A DNA stretch of 64,000 nt. Source: Eledone cirrhosa. Taxonomy: Eukaryota. The notes beneath the pieces were generated by a model, which searched no databases, had not been told where the DNA came from, and saw only the letters and a program-made list of their open reading frames with translations. Positions 1-12,339 of the stretch are shown one piece after another. The stretch spans positions 71,176,001 to 71,240,000 of the forward strand of contig OZ024743.1 in assembly GCA_964016885.1 (NCBI GenBank). The letters are read 5' to 3'. The translations under genes were made by a program, and so were the position numbers. The first letter of the stretch is position 1. Every line of letters starts with the position of its first letter.

Positions 1-143
1 CCTGAGAAATAAAATACGATGTTGTGACGTTCATACTTCTCCAAGACATATTCCTCAAGTTTACAAGATGTTATATTTTATGATGCATTATCAACACTAC
101 AAAATTAACCTGTTTACTTCATCACACTTCATTTCGCTTCCCC

Positions 144-145
<2 letters not shown>

Positions 146-218
<73 letters not shown>

Positions 219-631
219 GTGTGTATGTATGTGTGTGTGTATGTGTGTGTATGCATGTATGCGTGTATGTGTGTGTGTATGTGAGTGTATGTATGCATGT
301 GTGTGTGTATGTATGTATATGTATGTGTGTATGTATGTATGTGTGTGTGTATGTATGTGTCTGTGTGTGTGTGTATATATGTGTGTGTAGATGTATGTGT
401 GTATATGTATGTATGATTGTGTGTATGTGTATGTGTGTGTATATATATGTATGTATGTATGTATTTGTGTATGTATGTATGTGTGTATGTGTGCGTATTT
501 ATGTATGTATGTATGTATGTATGTGTGTGTGTATGTATGTGTGTGTGTGTATGTATGTGTGTGTATGTGTGTATGTATGTATGTATGTGTGTAAGTATGT
601 ATGTATGTGTGTATGCATGCATGTGTGTGTG

Positions 632-667
<36 letters not shown>

Positions 668-754
668 TGTATGTATGTATGTGTGTGTGCGTATATATAT
701 GTATGTATGTATGTATGTGTGTATGTATGTATGTATGTATATGCGTGTGTGTGT
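146..754. repeat. Compound (TG)n/(TATG)n microsatellite
   Basis: Direct reading; explains all overlapping CV/HT-repeat ORFs. Confidence 0.98.
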
Positions 755-761
755 TGGACGT

Positions 762-1032
762 AGTGAAGAGACATCGTATAGTGGTTAAGGTATTCGGTTC
801 ATGATCATAAGGTCGTGAGTTCGATTCCCGGCGGCGCATTTTGACCTTTGCTTTAGTCCGCTACACTGGTAGAAATAAGTTGTACTTGTGATTCAAAGAA
901 TCGGCCTTGTCATGTACTTGTCATACTGAATCTCCCTGAGAACTATGTTTAGGGTACACGTACCTGTTAATTTCACGAGCAGTTCTGTTGATTAACAACT
1001 GGAACACTCGTCGTCGGAAACAACGGAGGTCC
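762..1032 (+). mobile_element. tRNA-derived SINE (degenerate)
   Basis: A-box-like TAGTGGTTAAGG (~779) and B-box GAGTTCGATTCC (~817) followed by SINE body. Confidence 0.7.
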
Positions 1033-1059
1033 ATTAATACAGACACGAATAAAATATAG

Positions 1060-1345
1060 ACCGAGCTGGTCCTGTCTGTATCATATGCAAATTACCTGCT
1101 CTAGTTTGTATCATATGCAAATGAGCTGGTCAAGTTTGTACCATATGGAAATTACCTGGTCGAGTTTGTACCATATGTAAGTTACCTGGTCGAGTTGGTA
1201 TCATATGCAAATGAAATGAGCTGGTCGAGCTTGTACTATATGCAAATAAGCTGGTAGAATTTGTACCGTATGCAAATGAGCTGGTTGAGTCTGTACCATA
1301 TGCAAACGAGCTGTTCCAGTTTGTACTATATGCAAATGAGCATCT
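1060..1345. repeat. ~30-bp minisatellite (ATATGCAAATGAGCTGGTCGAGTTTGTACC), ~9 copies
   Basis: Tandem units visible directly. Confidence 0.92.
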
Positions 1346-1472
1346 CCAGCTAATGTGTTACAAGACAAAAAGACCCCCCCCAAAAAAAAAAAACCAACAA
1401 CAACCCCAAACCGAAACAAAACAACAATAATAGCAAACAACAACAACAACAACAACGACAAAAACATGTAAA

Positions 1473-1562
1473 CTGTCTCAGTTCTGAGTGAGAAAACGTC
1501 ACCGACATCGGATGAAACTGCAGAAACACGTGTCTGACGTTTTCACACGGCTACTGAGATAG
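1473..1562 (+). other. Imperfect hairpin resembling a decayed type I hammerhead ribozyme
   Basis: Arms CTGTCTCAGT..GAAAACGTCA / TGACGTTTTC..ACTGAGATAG enclose GAAA-CACGTG-TC; 5' core is degenerate (CCGACA). Confidence 0.4.
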
Positions 1563-1579
1563 CTGTGACATCATCACAG

Positions 1580-1815
1580 CTTCTTCTTCTTCTTCTTCTT
1601 ACTGATGAGAGGGCCCTCATGGAGGCAGGGTCCTCAAACACTCCCTCCAGTGTATCCTGCCATAAGCCACCGTCTCCAACTGATCCGACCGGATCCCCAA
1701 GTGAGACCAGCCAAGCTCGTGGATGTTATTCAGCCATCTTGCTCGCGGTCTACCCACGGGTCTCCTACTAGTTGGTTTTGCCCGTAAAATCTGTCTAGTG
1801 ACTCTTTCCAGCTTA
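1580..1815 (-). mobile_element. RTE LINE 3' fragment with (AAG)n tail
   Basis: Translation RPVGRPRARWLNNIHELGWSHLGI..WRECL is a typical RTE C-terminus; related copies near 4270-4410 and 17600-17810. Confidence 0.8.
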
Positions 1816-1924
1816 AAACTATAGTAAAACTCATGTATGTTTATTACATATAGATATATCGTATATATATTCGTATACATTTCTATTATCTCTTCTTATG
1901 TCTTTTATATATACACCCTCACCA

Positions 1925-2250
1925 TTTTAAGGCCCCCATCGGTCACCAATGACCATAGTTTTGTACCTAGAAAGTTTCCCTTCGAGGCACAAACCTGGAC
2001 AAGGTTTGTTTGTGGAAGACCAGCAGTCGCCCATGTATACCAGTCTCCCCGCTCCACGCCATCAATGTTGTCCAAGGGAAAGACAATGACCGATACAGTT
2101 TAGCGCCAGTGACGTCGCAACTCATTTCTACAGCTGAGTGAACTGGAGCAACGTGAAGTAAAGTGTCTTGCTCAACAACACAACGCATCACCTGGTCCGA
2201 GAATCGAACTCGCAACCTCTTAATTGCAATCCTAACGCTCTAACCACTAA
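1925..2250 (-). mobile_element. tRNA-derived CORE-type SINE
   Basis: Minus-strand tRNA head (TAGTGGTTAG...GAGTTCGATTC) then TTGAGCAAGACACTTTACTTCACGTTGCTCCAGTTCACTCAGCTG, shared with other copies. Confidence 0.8.
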
Positions 2251-2314
2251 ATATATCCTTTCTCTTCCCTCTGCTTTTAGTTATTTCTTTTTGCTTTTAA
2301 TTGTATATTATATA

Positions 2315-2488
2315 TCGGTGGAGAGTCTGACGCCTTGCTTTGCAGCAAAGAGTTATGGCCCTTTATGGTCTGAGTTCAAATCCCGCCGAGGTTAACTTTG
2401 TCTTTCATCCTTACGGGGTCGATAAAATAAAGTACCAGTAATACACTGAAATAATTGCTGGTGTTGTGCCAAAAGTAGAAACAATTAT
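2315..2488 (+). mobile_element. Nin/Deu-domain SINE
   Basis: GAGTTCAAATCC B-box followed by CTTTCATCCTTACGGGGTCGATAAAATAAAGTACCAG; more than 15 full or partial copies in the window. Confidence 0.85.
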
Positions 2489-2639
2489 ATAGAAATGACT
2501 TCTACAGGATTAGAACTATTTCATTCGTATAAAATCATAAGAATGAAATAATTCCAGTCCTGTAGAAGTCATTTCTATATAATAAATATGCTTATTCTCT
2601 ATTTACGTATTGAGTACTTTATTTAACAGTGGTTAAATA

Positions 2640-2640
<1 letters not shown>
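2485..2640. mobile_element. Inverted PLE pLTR remnant (hairpin 2485-2582)
   Basis: ~42-bp inverted arms ATATAGAAATGACTTCTACAGG...; related to 9833-9900 and 53030-53115, which carry hammerhead-like cores. Confidence 0.6.
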
Positions 2641-2684
<44 letters not shown>

Positions 2685-2696
2685 GTACATATGTAC

Positions 2697-2872
2697 GATG
2701 CATACTTAAGAAAATACTATATATTTTCAACCGTTCGACAGACTGGCAGTGAGGTATACAGTCCTGATCAAGAGTAATGACCCAGAAACATGCTGATTGT
2801 TCCTCAATGCCAGTGTTGAACAAACAGATGACGATCGGTCACCGGCATGGCACAGCTTTAATCGGGCTGTTT

Positions 2873-2878
<6 letters not shown>
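2697..2878 (+). mobile_element. pLTR remnant, same family as the 14.4-15.0 kb palindrome
   Basis: Colinear similarity to 14735-14905, with a decayed core CTGATCA...GAAACATG; another piece at 7345-7470 in the opposite orientation. Confidence 0.55.
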
Positions 2879-2934
<56 letters not shown>

Positions 2935-3606
2935 TAGGATTGGTGCTCTGAAATAGCGATGTATACATGAATGTATGTATAGTATATTTGGAAATATACC
3001 GTTCAGCTTCTGATTATTAGTGGAATTCTATAAGAATCCAGCTTCTATAATTTTCGGCGGAAGCAGGGGAGTGCGTGGCTCTGATGAACGCCACCCAGCG
3101 TGAAACAGACTGTCAGCTTCTCTCCCTTCTTTCGCCGAAAAGAAGTAAGTGATATAGTCCCTACTTTAAAACCGATAGCGTATGGTCTTCTAAATGTTTT
3201 TAATTAAACATACGGCATATTGCCAAATATACTATACGTACCTTTATATATATATATACATATATAATACAGTTTACGAAGTTATTTCAGCGACCTCCGG
3301 CCATGACCCACCCACTCAATGGGACAGTAAACTTGTGGTTGTGAAACTGCATCCTAAGGTTCAGAGTGCACACATTATATTTGTTCAGTGAGTACTATGG
3401 AAGTGTTTTGGTATGATTATGGCAACCTTCAGTCAACAGAGCTATGGCATTGGCATCACACCTAGCTGTAGATCACCCTAATCAAAGAATTGTCCAATTC
3501 ACCAATTATCAAATTAAATATATCTGTCAACGAAGTTATCTGAAAAAAATCAAGGAACATCTAGTTGGTAGTGTTATTATAAAATCTAGTGGATTTGTTT
3601 GTTCGG

Positions 3607-3750
3607 TGAAGGCGCATGGCTTATTGGTTAGAGCATTGGGCTTGTAATCGAAAGGTTGTGAGTTCAATTCTCTGACCGGGTGATGTGTTGTTTCCTTGAG
3701 CAAGACACTTTATTTCACGTTGCTCCAGTTTACCCAGCTGTAAAAATGAG
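3607..3750 (+). mobile_element. CORE-type SINE 5' part
   Basis: GGCGCATGGCTTATTGGTTAGAGC...GAGTTCAATTC head plus CCTTGAGCAAGACAC core. Confidence 0.8.
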
Positions 3751-4269
3751 ATGATAGGACTGGGGTCCCTATCATTAAATTATCCAAGACACCTCCAACG
3801 AGATATACCTTGGAGGGGGCCAGCTAAACCTGCATAGGTGTGAGCTGTCACACACACATGCACATTTTTTTGTTCGAGTTTATTTACTGGTACTAAATTA
3901 ACACTTAAATTACCTTAAATTATGGGTAGAAGTATATATTTAATTGAATTAAAATATCCACATTACGTGGTACTACTTAGTTAAAATCGTATGTGGGGGA
4001 AGTTATGGGCGCGAATGTAGGTGTATATGATACTTGAAATATTAGTATATATGCTAGTATTTGTAAAATAGAATTTTTTGTGGCTATTACTGTTTGTTGT
4101 GCTAAGCTCTCAAGATATTTTAAACTACAGGCGGATTAATATGTTTTTATTTTATTTTGATATTGTAAATTTCGATGTATGTAGGTGCTTTATGTACGTA
4201 TATGTATATATAAGTTACTTATTGAGCTTGTATGTAAGTTTGTTTGTGCTCGCCGACCGATGCCTGTGT

Positions 4270-4930
4270 GTGATCCGGCAGGATACCAAAGGGAGACCAA
4301 CGAAGCTCGTGGATGTTATCTAACCATCTTACTCGGGATCTGGCCCTGGGTCTCCTGCCAGTTGGTTTTGTTCATAAAATCTTTCCAGCGATTCTTTCCT
4401 GAGACATTCTAACCACATGCCTATAGTATCGGAGCTGTGATCTTTCAATTCGGAGAAGTAGAGGCTCTACCTGAAGTGACACTCTGATCTCCGAGCTATG
4501 CACTCTATCGAGCAACGTTACTTAAAAGACCCTTCGCTGGAACCCAATTTCGGCCGCTTGTATTCGCGATCGTATTGCTTCGGTCATTGACCAAGATTCA
4601 TGACCATAGATAAGGTTTGGCACGAATAGCGAATTGAAGATAGTGAGTTTGGCTTTTACGCCCACTGCCCTTCTTCTAATTACTGAATGCTGAAGCGGGC
4701 ACGTTACTGTCCCAGCTCCTGCACCTCTTGTACTTAATTAATCCTTCTGCCTTCCATCACTCGTAAATACGGCCCCGAGATACTTGAACGTCTCCACCTG
4801 CTTCTGAGGAACACCATTCACATGTAGAGTGCACTGCACAGGCTTCCTTGAGAGGACAAGTGTCTCAGTTTTCGCAGCACTGATTTTCATTTCAGCCATG
4901 CAGGACTCGGCATCAAACCTATCAAGTGCA
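4270..4930 (-). mobile_element. Degenerate RTE LINE fragment (late RT domains to 3' end)
   Basis: MKISAAKTETLVL...VETFKYLGAVFTSDG matches RTE RT domain 6-7. Confidence 0.8.
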
Positions 4931-4939
4931 AGTCGGAAA

Positions 4940-5730
4940 TCACCTGTTGAGTTAAGTAAAACTACTTTCAGTAAACTCCTCCATCGTGTCATCAGAAACA
5001 AGACCCTGAACCCACAAACCAAGTATATATTGTATCGAGTCATGTTTATTTTCACCTTACTCTACGTTTGTGAAACATGTACTTTATACTGCCGGGTTAT
5101 TCCGAAAACTGGAACGATTTCATCAACAAAAGCTTCAATAAATATGAATATACCTGTAACCATATTTATGTATGCCTGTATGTATATATAAATTATTGTC
5201 TTATTTACAAAACTTTTTTTAAAATAGTTCATAGAATATTTATTTACAATAGTTTATAACTTTGCCCATTAATCCGTATGGTGAGAAAATGGGGTCCCGC
5301 GTGCTGGCCTCCCCACAGCCCCGGTGAACAGGATGTAGAAGGCGTTTCCCCGGAGGATGGTAAGGGAGATGCGCTGGGAGAGCCATTCCAACTCGCGAGG
5401 CTCACATCTGCGTCTGGCTAGCTCAGTATGAGCAAAAAATGAGAAGCCTATGCCATCATCTTTGCAGTCCTTGAAGAAGCCAATATCAACAGCATTAAGT
5501 CCATCATCATCAAACATCGCCTTAGATGGACAGATCCCGTCCGCTGCATGAGCTGCATCAGAGTGCCACGTCAAATCCTTTACAGTCATCTCATCATAGC
5601 TAAAAAGGTACACGCCCGGAGGATAAAATACTGCGACGAAAGATTCGCCAACTCCAACCAAGGCCTCTACCAACCATCAGATGTGAATCATCTGCGGGTC
5701 CCAAATAATAAGGTGGAGGAGTGGAATAAG
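4940..5730 (+). mobile_element. RTE (BovB-like) 3' fragment, interrupted by a CRE 3' end
   Basis: FSKLLHRV..TK..LYR...TLLYVCET (4940-5130) continues after 5430 with RVPRQILYSHL motifs. Confidence 0.65.
5248..5425 (-). mobile_element. CRE-clade retrotransposon 3' end
   Basis: RRCEPRELEWLSQRISLTILRGNA; homologous to 13800-13915. Confidence 0.85.
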
Positions 5731-5821
5731 CGGGGAAGGGTGCTGTTGGACATTTGCTTAAATTTTTATTTTATCAATTCTAGAAATTTGAATCCGAACA
5801 CCTAAAGGGACAACATATATC

Positions 5822-6050
5822 ATCGCAGTGGAGACATCTGGTGACCTTGGCCCTAGGGCTACCTCCCTATTCACCACCATAGGCGCTGAGCTGGCCAGCC
5901 GCAGGTGTGAGCCTCGCGAGTTGGAATAGCTCTTCCAGCGCATCTCCCTTACTATCCTCCGGGGAAACGCCTTCCTCACCCTGTCCTCCGGGGCTATGGG
6001 GAGGCCAGCACGTGGGACCCCATTTGCTCACCATACGGATTCATAACTTT
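5822..6050 (+). mobile_element. CRE-clade retrotransposon 3' end
   Basis: GCAGTGGAGACATCTGG...CGGGGAAACGCC homologous to 13737-13915 and 17075-17285. Confidence 0.85.
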
Positions 6051-6237
6051 AGACATTGATTTCATTAGCATCTGTGCTGTTGTAGAGTATGTGAGTATTT
6101 TGATCTGATGGGATTAAAAACTACAAGAAAAAACATAAAAGGCCAAACTGACACGTCACAATTGTTGTATGTTACGTAACACAATGCTGGAATACAGAAT
6201 CGTCATTTCGCTTTCTGTTTCCATGGCCTCCAGTTGA

Positions 6238-6753
6238 ATGCACTCCTTGAAAAACAATGTCCCTTCACTTATTCCGTGCCCGAATATTGGCGCGCCTAAA
6301 TCGACTCAATGGAAGTTAAGTCATCACAAAAGCAATAGAAAATTTGATTGGCATCAATATCGTTTAGAAGGGAACAAATTTCATTTGTTAACCCGTGAAA
6401 TTCCTTCTGCGAAGGATGCAAACAGGGCAAAAGCCCTCCAATATCTATCCAACAAAGAAGAAGAAACACAATGTTTTATAAGAATGGAAAACATTGAGGT
6501 GTATGAGCCTCCATTAAACAAATTCTTAAAACCTCAAACACTTATCTTACCAGTAGTGACTTGCGATGTACGTTCTGAAAAAGATAGGGAAGAATTAAAA
6601 GCGGTTAAGGATGAATTACAAAAACAATCCCGGCACCCGTCAAGTTTCTATGTGCAATATTATAGAAAATGTTTTCGAAGACGGTTTGACGACAGAAGGG
6701 ACTATTTAGGCTATCACAAACTGATGGGTGAAATGCTTAAAAGTGAATATTGA
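6238..6753 (+). CDS. Orphan 171-aa ORF, possible host single-exon gene or terminal exon
   Basis: Uninterrupted 516-nt ORF in AT-rich non-repetitive sequence, natural amino-acid composition, no TE motif recognised; AATAAA at ~6953. Confidence 0.45.
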   Translation: MHSLKNNVPSLIPCPNIGAPKSTQWKLSHHKSNRKFDWHQYRLEGNKFHLLTREIPSAKDANRAKALQYLSNKEEETQCFIRMENIEVYEPPLNKFLKPQTLILPVVTCDVRSEKDREELKAVKDELQKQSRHPSSFYVQYYRKCFRRRFDDRRDYLGYHKLMGEMLKSEY

Positions 6754-7246
6754 AATAAGTGACATAAAAGGTTCTATTTCGTATGCTATTTAATTCAATT
6801 TCTTATCTTTTCTTGTCCAGTCTCCTAAGTTTCTCTTTTCTCTAAGAGCAATTTTCACTGATGTAAAATATTTTATTTAGAGATGTAGAATTTCGTACAT
6901 GTGATAGAACAAGAAAACATTTATATAGAATGTAAACACAGACCGATGAACAAATAAAACCTGAGATTACCAAACATTATATAGCAAACAGAGGTAAGCT
7001 GTATGATTAAGGTAAAAGGAGGACAGTGTTCTAACAAAGAAAACTTTATAGGAGGATATGTTAAAATATAAAATTTAACGGTCTTGTGTTAAAAACTAAT
7101 TTGACACTAATATTATTGTTTTTGTTCATTTATTATTATTAGTAGTATTGTTCGTCCGATCAGCTTCTAGCATTGGAGATGTATTACAGTATTAGCTGTT
7201 CACTACCATTGTATACGTACACACACACACATATATATATATACAT

Positions 7247-7329
<83 letters not shown>

Positions 7330-7699
7330 CACATATATACATATACACGTATGGGTTATATCGAACAGTAATAATAATATTCGATTTGATTGTAAACAAA
7401 CGGCTCGATTAAAGCTGTGCCGAGCCGATGACAAATGGTCATTCGTTTGTTCAATGGCATTGAGGAACATTAAAAATAAAATTAGAATTTTATTTCTCGC
7501 CATGCACAGTTGATTCATAAATGTAAGTATGCATACGCATACACACACACATGTATATATATATATATATATATATGTACACACACATATACACATACAC
7601 ACACACATATATATATATATACGCACACACATATATATATATATATATACATACGTACGTATGCACAAGCAAAGACACACACACACATCTAAGAGTCTA

Positions 7700-7973
7700 A
7701 AGTCTGCCTTAAGCCAGAAGGCTCATTTGACCGGTGCTTATCCCGGTTTCATGGCGTGAAACGACTGAGAGTACAAGACTTGCCTCCTGGACAGGACGCC
7801 AGTCCATCGCAGGGTTAAACCTCCAGCTATTGCTGGTACTCATTTTCAGCTGGGTATACTGGAGCAACGTGAAATAATGTGTCTTGCTCAAGAACACAAC
7901 ACGCAACCCAGGAATCGAGCCCACGACATTATGATCGTAAGTCCAACACTCTTATCACTAGGCCACGTGCCTC

Positions 7974-7976
<3 letters not shown>
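7700..7976 (-). mobile_element. Full-length CORE-type SINE (young)
   Basis: Highly similar to the plus-strand copy at 18410-18690; tRNA head GGAGGCACGTGGCCTAGTG. Confidence 0.9.
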
Positions 7977-8055
<79 letters not shown>

Positions 8056-8519
8056 TACACATATACATATGTACGTATGCACAAGCAAACACACACACAA
8101 CCACAACCACAACCCCCATCAACAATACACAGATACAACCCCACAATCACACACACAAAACCCCCCACTTTCTCTCTCCCAGCCTCTCCTCCTCTACTCC
8201 CCTCCCCCTTCCCACCCTAAGCCACCCCTTCCTCACATCCTCCCCCACTCCCTGGCCTCTCCCCGTCCCCCCAGACTACCCCATCACCCCTCCCCCGCCC
8301 CAGCCCCCTATCACCCCTACCCCGCAACTTCCCCCTCCCTAACCTATCCCCCTCTCACACCCAGTCCCCCCTCTCACCCCCTCCCAGTAATGTAGATATC
8401 GAATGTTAAGTTGGGTTTAATATTTCATGCTTCAGTCATCCTGCTATCAATGATATCAGGTGAGATACAATGCCGACATTTGTTATACAACACTCTCATG
8501 TTATTGTTTTATAGTAACA

Positions 8520-8542
8520 GATACACACATACACACATGCAA

Positions 8543-8602
<60 letters not shown>

Positions 8603-8654
8603 TCTCAGACACACTCACAATCTCACACACACACACCTGTACACACACACAGAC

Positions 8655-8691
<37 letters not shown>

Positions 8692-8708
8692 TATACATAT
8701 ATATATAC

Positions 8709-8743
<35 letters not shown>

Positions 8744-8817
8744 ATTATATACATATATATATATACATATATAATTATATACATATATATATATACATAT
8801 ATATATACATATATATA

Positions 8818-8855
<38 letters not shown>

Positions 8856-8910
8856 TATACATATAAATATATGTATATAATTATATACATATATATATAA
8901 TTATATACAT
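8520..8910. repeat. (CA)n and (TA)n-derived microsatellite
   Basis: Direct reading. Confidence 0.95.
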
Positions 8911-8914
8911 GATA

Positions 8915-9149
8915 TTAAATAAATGGAAACTATATTTATAAAACCATATTTATTTCATTATATATATTTCAGGGATATCATATTAACAATATGTTATGCC
9001 TTCATCAGACAAAATACAATATAAACAGTCTTATAAATAAATATATATTTAATATCATAAATATACTCCAAATACTTGTTGAGTGCTTTTATATCAGTTA
9101 TAAATATTTACTCGTTGTTAACCCAACAATTTAAATATAACTTTCCATG

Positions 9150-9150
<1 letters not shown>
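8915..9150. mobile_element. PLE pLTR remnant made of two oppositely oriented halves
   Basis: 8915-9045 matches 40730-40860; 9062-9150 matches 46040-46125. Confidence 0.8.
8951..9016 (-). ncRNA. Minimal type I hammerhead ribozyme
   Basis: Minus strand: TATTTTGT CTGATGA [AGGCATAACATATT GTT AATATGATATCCCT] GAAA TATATATA ATGAAATA; stems I and II pair, palindromic stem III, AUA cleavage triplet. Confidence 0.8.
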
Positions 9151-9637
<487 letters not shown>

Positions 9638-9703
9638 CTGCCAAGACTGGCAAGATTGGAATTGAACCATCAGCACAGTTGAGGTATGTCATACATCAAT
9701 TTA

Positions 9704-9772
9704 TATATTTTATCTGATGAGGACGTACTGAGGAAAGAGCACAGTACCTCCGAAATATATATAATATATATT
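9704..9772 (+). ncRNA. Minimal hammerhead ribozyme (stem I weakened)
   Basis: TTTTAT CTGATGA GGACGTACTG..CAGTACCTCC GAAA TATATATA ATAT; 9/10-bp stem II. Confidence 0.65.
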
Positions 9773-10008
9773 TGATTACATGAATGTCTATATTAATATT
9801 TTGAATTAATATATATATAATTATATTTATTTAATATAGAAATGGCTTTCTACAGGACTAGAACTGTTTAATTCGGTAGAAATCATTAGGAAGCCGACTG
9901 TCCAAGTAATATGGTAGGGTGTCATTGGTTGATGCATTTAAGTATTTTACTCTGCTATGTATTGAGTACCTTACTTACTGTGTTTACTCCCGATTGAACC
10001 CGGGATAA

Positions 10009-10051
<43 letters not shown>

Positions 10052-10141
10052 ATGAAAACACAAATGTTATTGCATGATGATATTTGTTTTTGAAATGCGC
10101 ATAATAAAATACATGGAACTCTTTTAACCATCTTTTGTTCT

Positions 10142-10218
<77 letters not shown>

Positions 10219-10842
10219 GGATGAGGTGTTTAATACTCTGATATCACATTATAACTCGTAAGCATTAAACAATTCAGTTTAAATAAATATATTCTACAAC
10301 ATGAGGTGTGTGTTCTCTTTCCATTTCGTTGACCAAATATAATATTTAGATGTCTATACTTGTAAAATCATTCCACTTGAGACTGGGGAAAAAAATTGAG
10401 GAATTTAGTAGGGTTCAATCAGGGCCGAATTTAATTGGGGGTGGGGACAAAGAGGTAATTACTCTGGATCCCCTGCTGTGGACGGGTGTGGTGCTAATGA
10501 CGGCCATAGCAATTCATTTGTGCCCTCAGCTGGGCTTTTTAGTTTTAGGATAGTTAGAATTCTTGAACTTAATACCTGTGTGTATAACTTTTCAATTCCA
10601 ATTACTTGGGCGAAGCTAATTTCGTTATGTAAAATTGGGCTGTTTGCTGTGAATTATAATTTTTTGTGTATAAGAGGCCCTAGAAACCTGAAATTCCTCG
10701 GGCCCCCACGATCTAAAACCCCATTCGAAGTAGGTTCCTTGTGCCTCCACATATTTACTTTATGTCATATGTTTGAAGTTTGTTGTTGTCTTGTTAAATC
10801 TACATAACCATATAACCATAGCACCAACTATTATTATATATA

Positions 10843-11522
10843 CATGCAGAAAAACAACCTTTCAGCTGGTTTTCTGCTAGCATGTGTAGTGTGCATATTG
10901 ATATTATACGCAAGTATATATGCATGTAGATCAGGGCCCACTTAATAGCATTATAGGCCCCCGGGAAAAGCAGAGCACTGGGGCCCCTACCTACACAACC
11001 ACTCACATGCGTTAAGGCGGCCCTGATGTAGATATGATACGTCAAATGAAATCGTAATTGACAATATACACAGAAATTGAGCGAAGTCTGCGTTAATCTG
11101 TAATCGGTAAAGTAATCCATGATAGATTAAAAAAAAAGACGATATTATATATAAACTGCATATATAATAAACTAAAATGTTATCAAAACGAAAAAGGAGA
11201 AAAATTAGCGACGGAAAATAAACCTTATATAACGATGCACATATACGAACGTTTATATAAGCGATGTGAGAAGTGTTATAGATATTACGGACGCTAACCG
11301 GAAGTGTTGACATTTGAAAATTTTAAAGAAGTAAATCTTAAAATAAGCAATACTTTATAAATAAGAATATTTATATTTAATCAACAGCTACGAAATTTAG
11401 TAGATAAATTATGTAATATTCATTCATTATTTATTCAAAGTAACCCAACTTATTTTACTAACGGGATAAAACAATATAAAATGGACGCTGTCCCGCACTC
11501 CTCCCTTTATTATATTATAGAT
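10843..11522 (+). mobile_element. Non-autonomous Helentron/DINE-like element
   Basis: 5' hairpin GCAGAAAA..TTTTCTGC and 3' end CTCCCTTTATTATATTATAGAT; colinear with 56461-56996 and 56997-57500. Confidence 0.7.
10932..11025. mobile_element. 94-bp hAT-type MITE with 8-bp TSD ATGTAGAT
   Basis: TIR CAGGGCC...GGCCCTG; TSD at 10924-10931 and 11026-11033; the paralogous host copy near 57080 has a single ATGTAGAT. Confidence 0.88.
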
Positions 11523-11597
11523 TCAGTATAAAAAATATGTTAATGTCTGGTTTATATGAACTTAAGTTGTACTATCTAAGATTATTCCATAAATATC

Positions 11598-11661
<64 letters not shown>

Positions 11662-11689
11662 TTCATTACCCCATATATATATACTTTGG

Positions 11690-11835
11690 GAGGATTTGAT
11701 CAGAGGTAAGTAATGAGTGACGCAACCTCGAGCGATTAGCGGTCTCTAGACTCACCTGATCAATGAAACAATTGTTAATACCTGAAATAAAGTCCCTTGC
11801 TGTACAGCCAACCATGTTACTCTTCATTCTTTCAC
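11690..11835 (+). mobile_element. pLTR-like remnant with decayed hammerhead (long stem II)
   Basis: TTGATCAG...CTGATCAA T GAAA CAATTG TT; second copy at 51565-51738 retains a CCGATGA core. Confidence 0.55.
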
Positions 11836-11966
<131 letters not shown>

Positions 11967-12026
11967 GGTATTTCCGAAGGAAAAGCAAAGGAAAAAAGAG
12001 TGCTCTATGTATAGAACAGAGCTATT

Positions 12027-12185
12027 TAATTAGAAAGTGAACAACACAAAATATAACTACTCCATTACGAAATGGATTCTGGATCCCAGACAATTCTGGA
12101 TCCCAGACAATATTAATATACGTCTGGGATCCAGAAACCTTTGGTAATGGTGTAGTTATATTTTGCGTTGCTCACTTTCTAATTA
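12027..12185. repeat. Fold-back inverted repeat, probable pLTR remnant
   Basis: ~65-bp imperfect arms; right arm contains GAAA CCTTTGG TA (hammerhead 3' half); internal short duplication TTCTGGATCCCAGACAA. Confidence 0.7.
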
Positions 12186-12339
12186 TATATATATATTTAT
12201 ATATATATATATATTAAAATAACAGATTAAAGTTTAAGCAAAGAATCGCTGCTTTCACCCTTCGGGATCTTCTGAAACTAAAAAGTCAATCTGTGAACGC
12301 AGAAGTAAATATTTCAAAAAACGTTGCAACCGAAGGAAG

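Noticed and set aside
68-839. Long Cys/Val- and His/Thr-rich ORFs (also at 7-9.6 kb, 35.6-36.1 kb, 37.8-38.3 kb, 39.5 kb)
   Set aside because: Translations of stop-free dinucleotide and tetranucleotide microsatellites
1060-1345. CRISPR or octamer (ATGCAAAT) enhancer array
   Set aside because: No spacers; the motif is simply part of a tandem unit and there is no evidence of function
3291-3387. Possible internal exon (TTTCAG...GTGAGT)
   Set aside because: Splice-like signals alone are common; no partner exons or homology
8100-8390. Pro-rich ORF in a C-rich tract
   Set aside because: Low-complexity sequence, possibly low-quality consensus; no coding evidence
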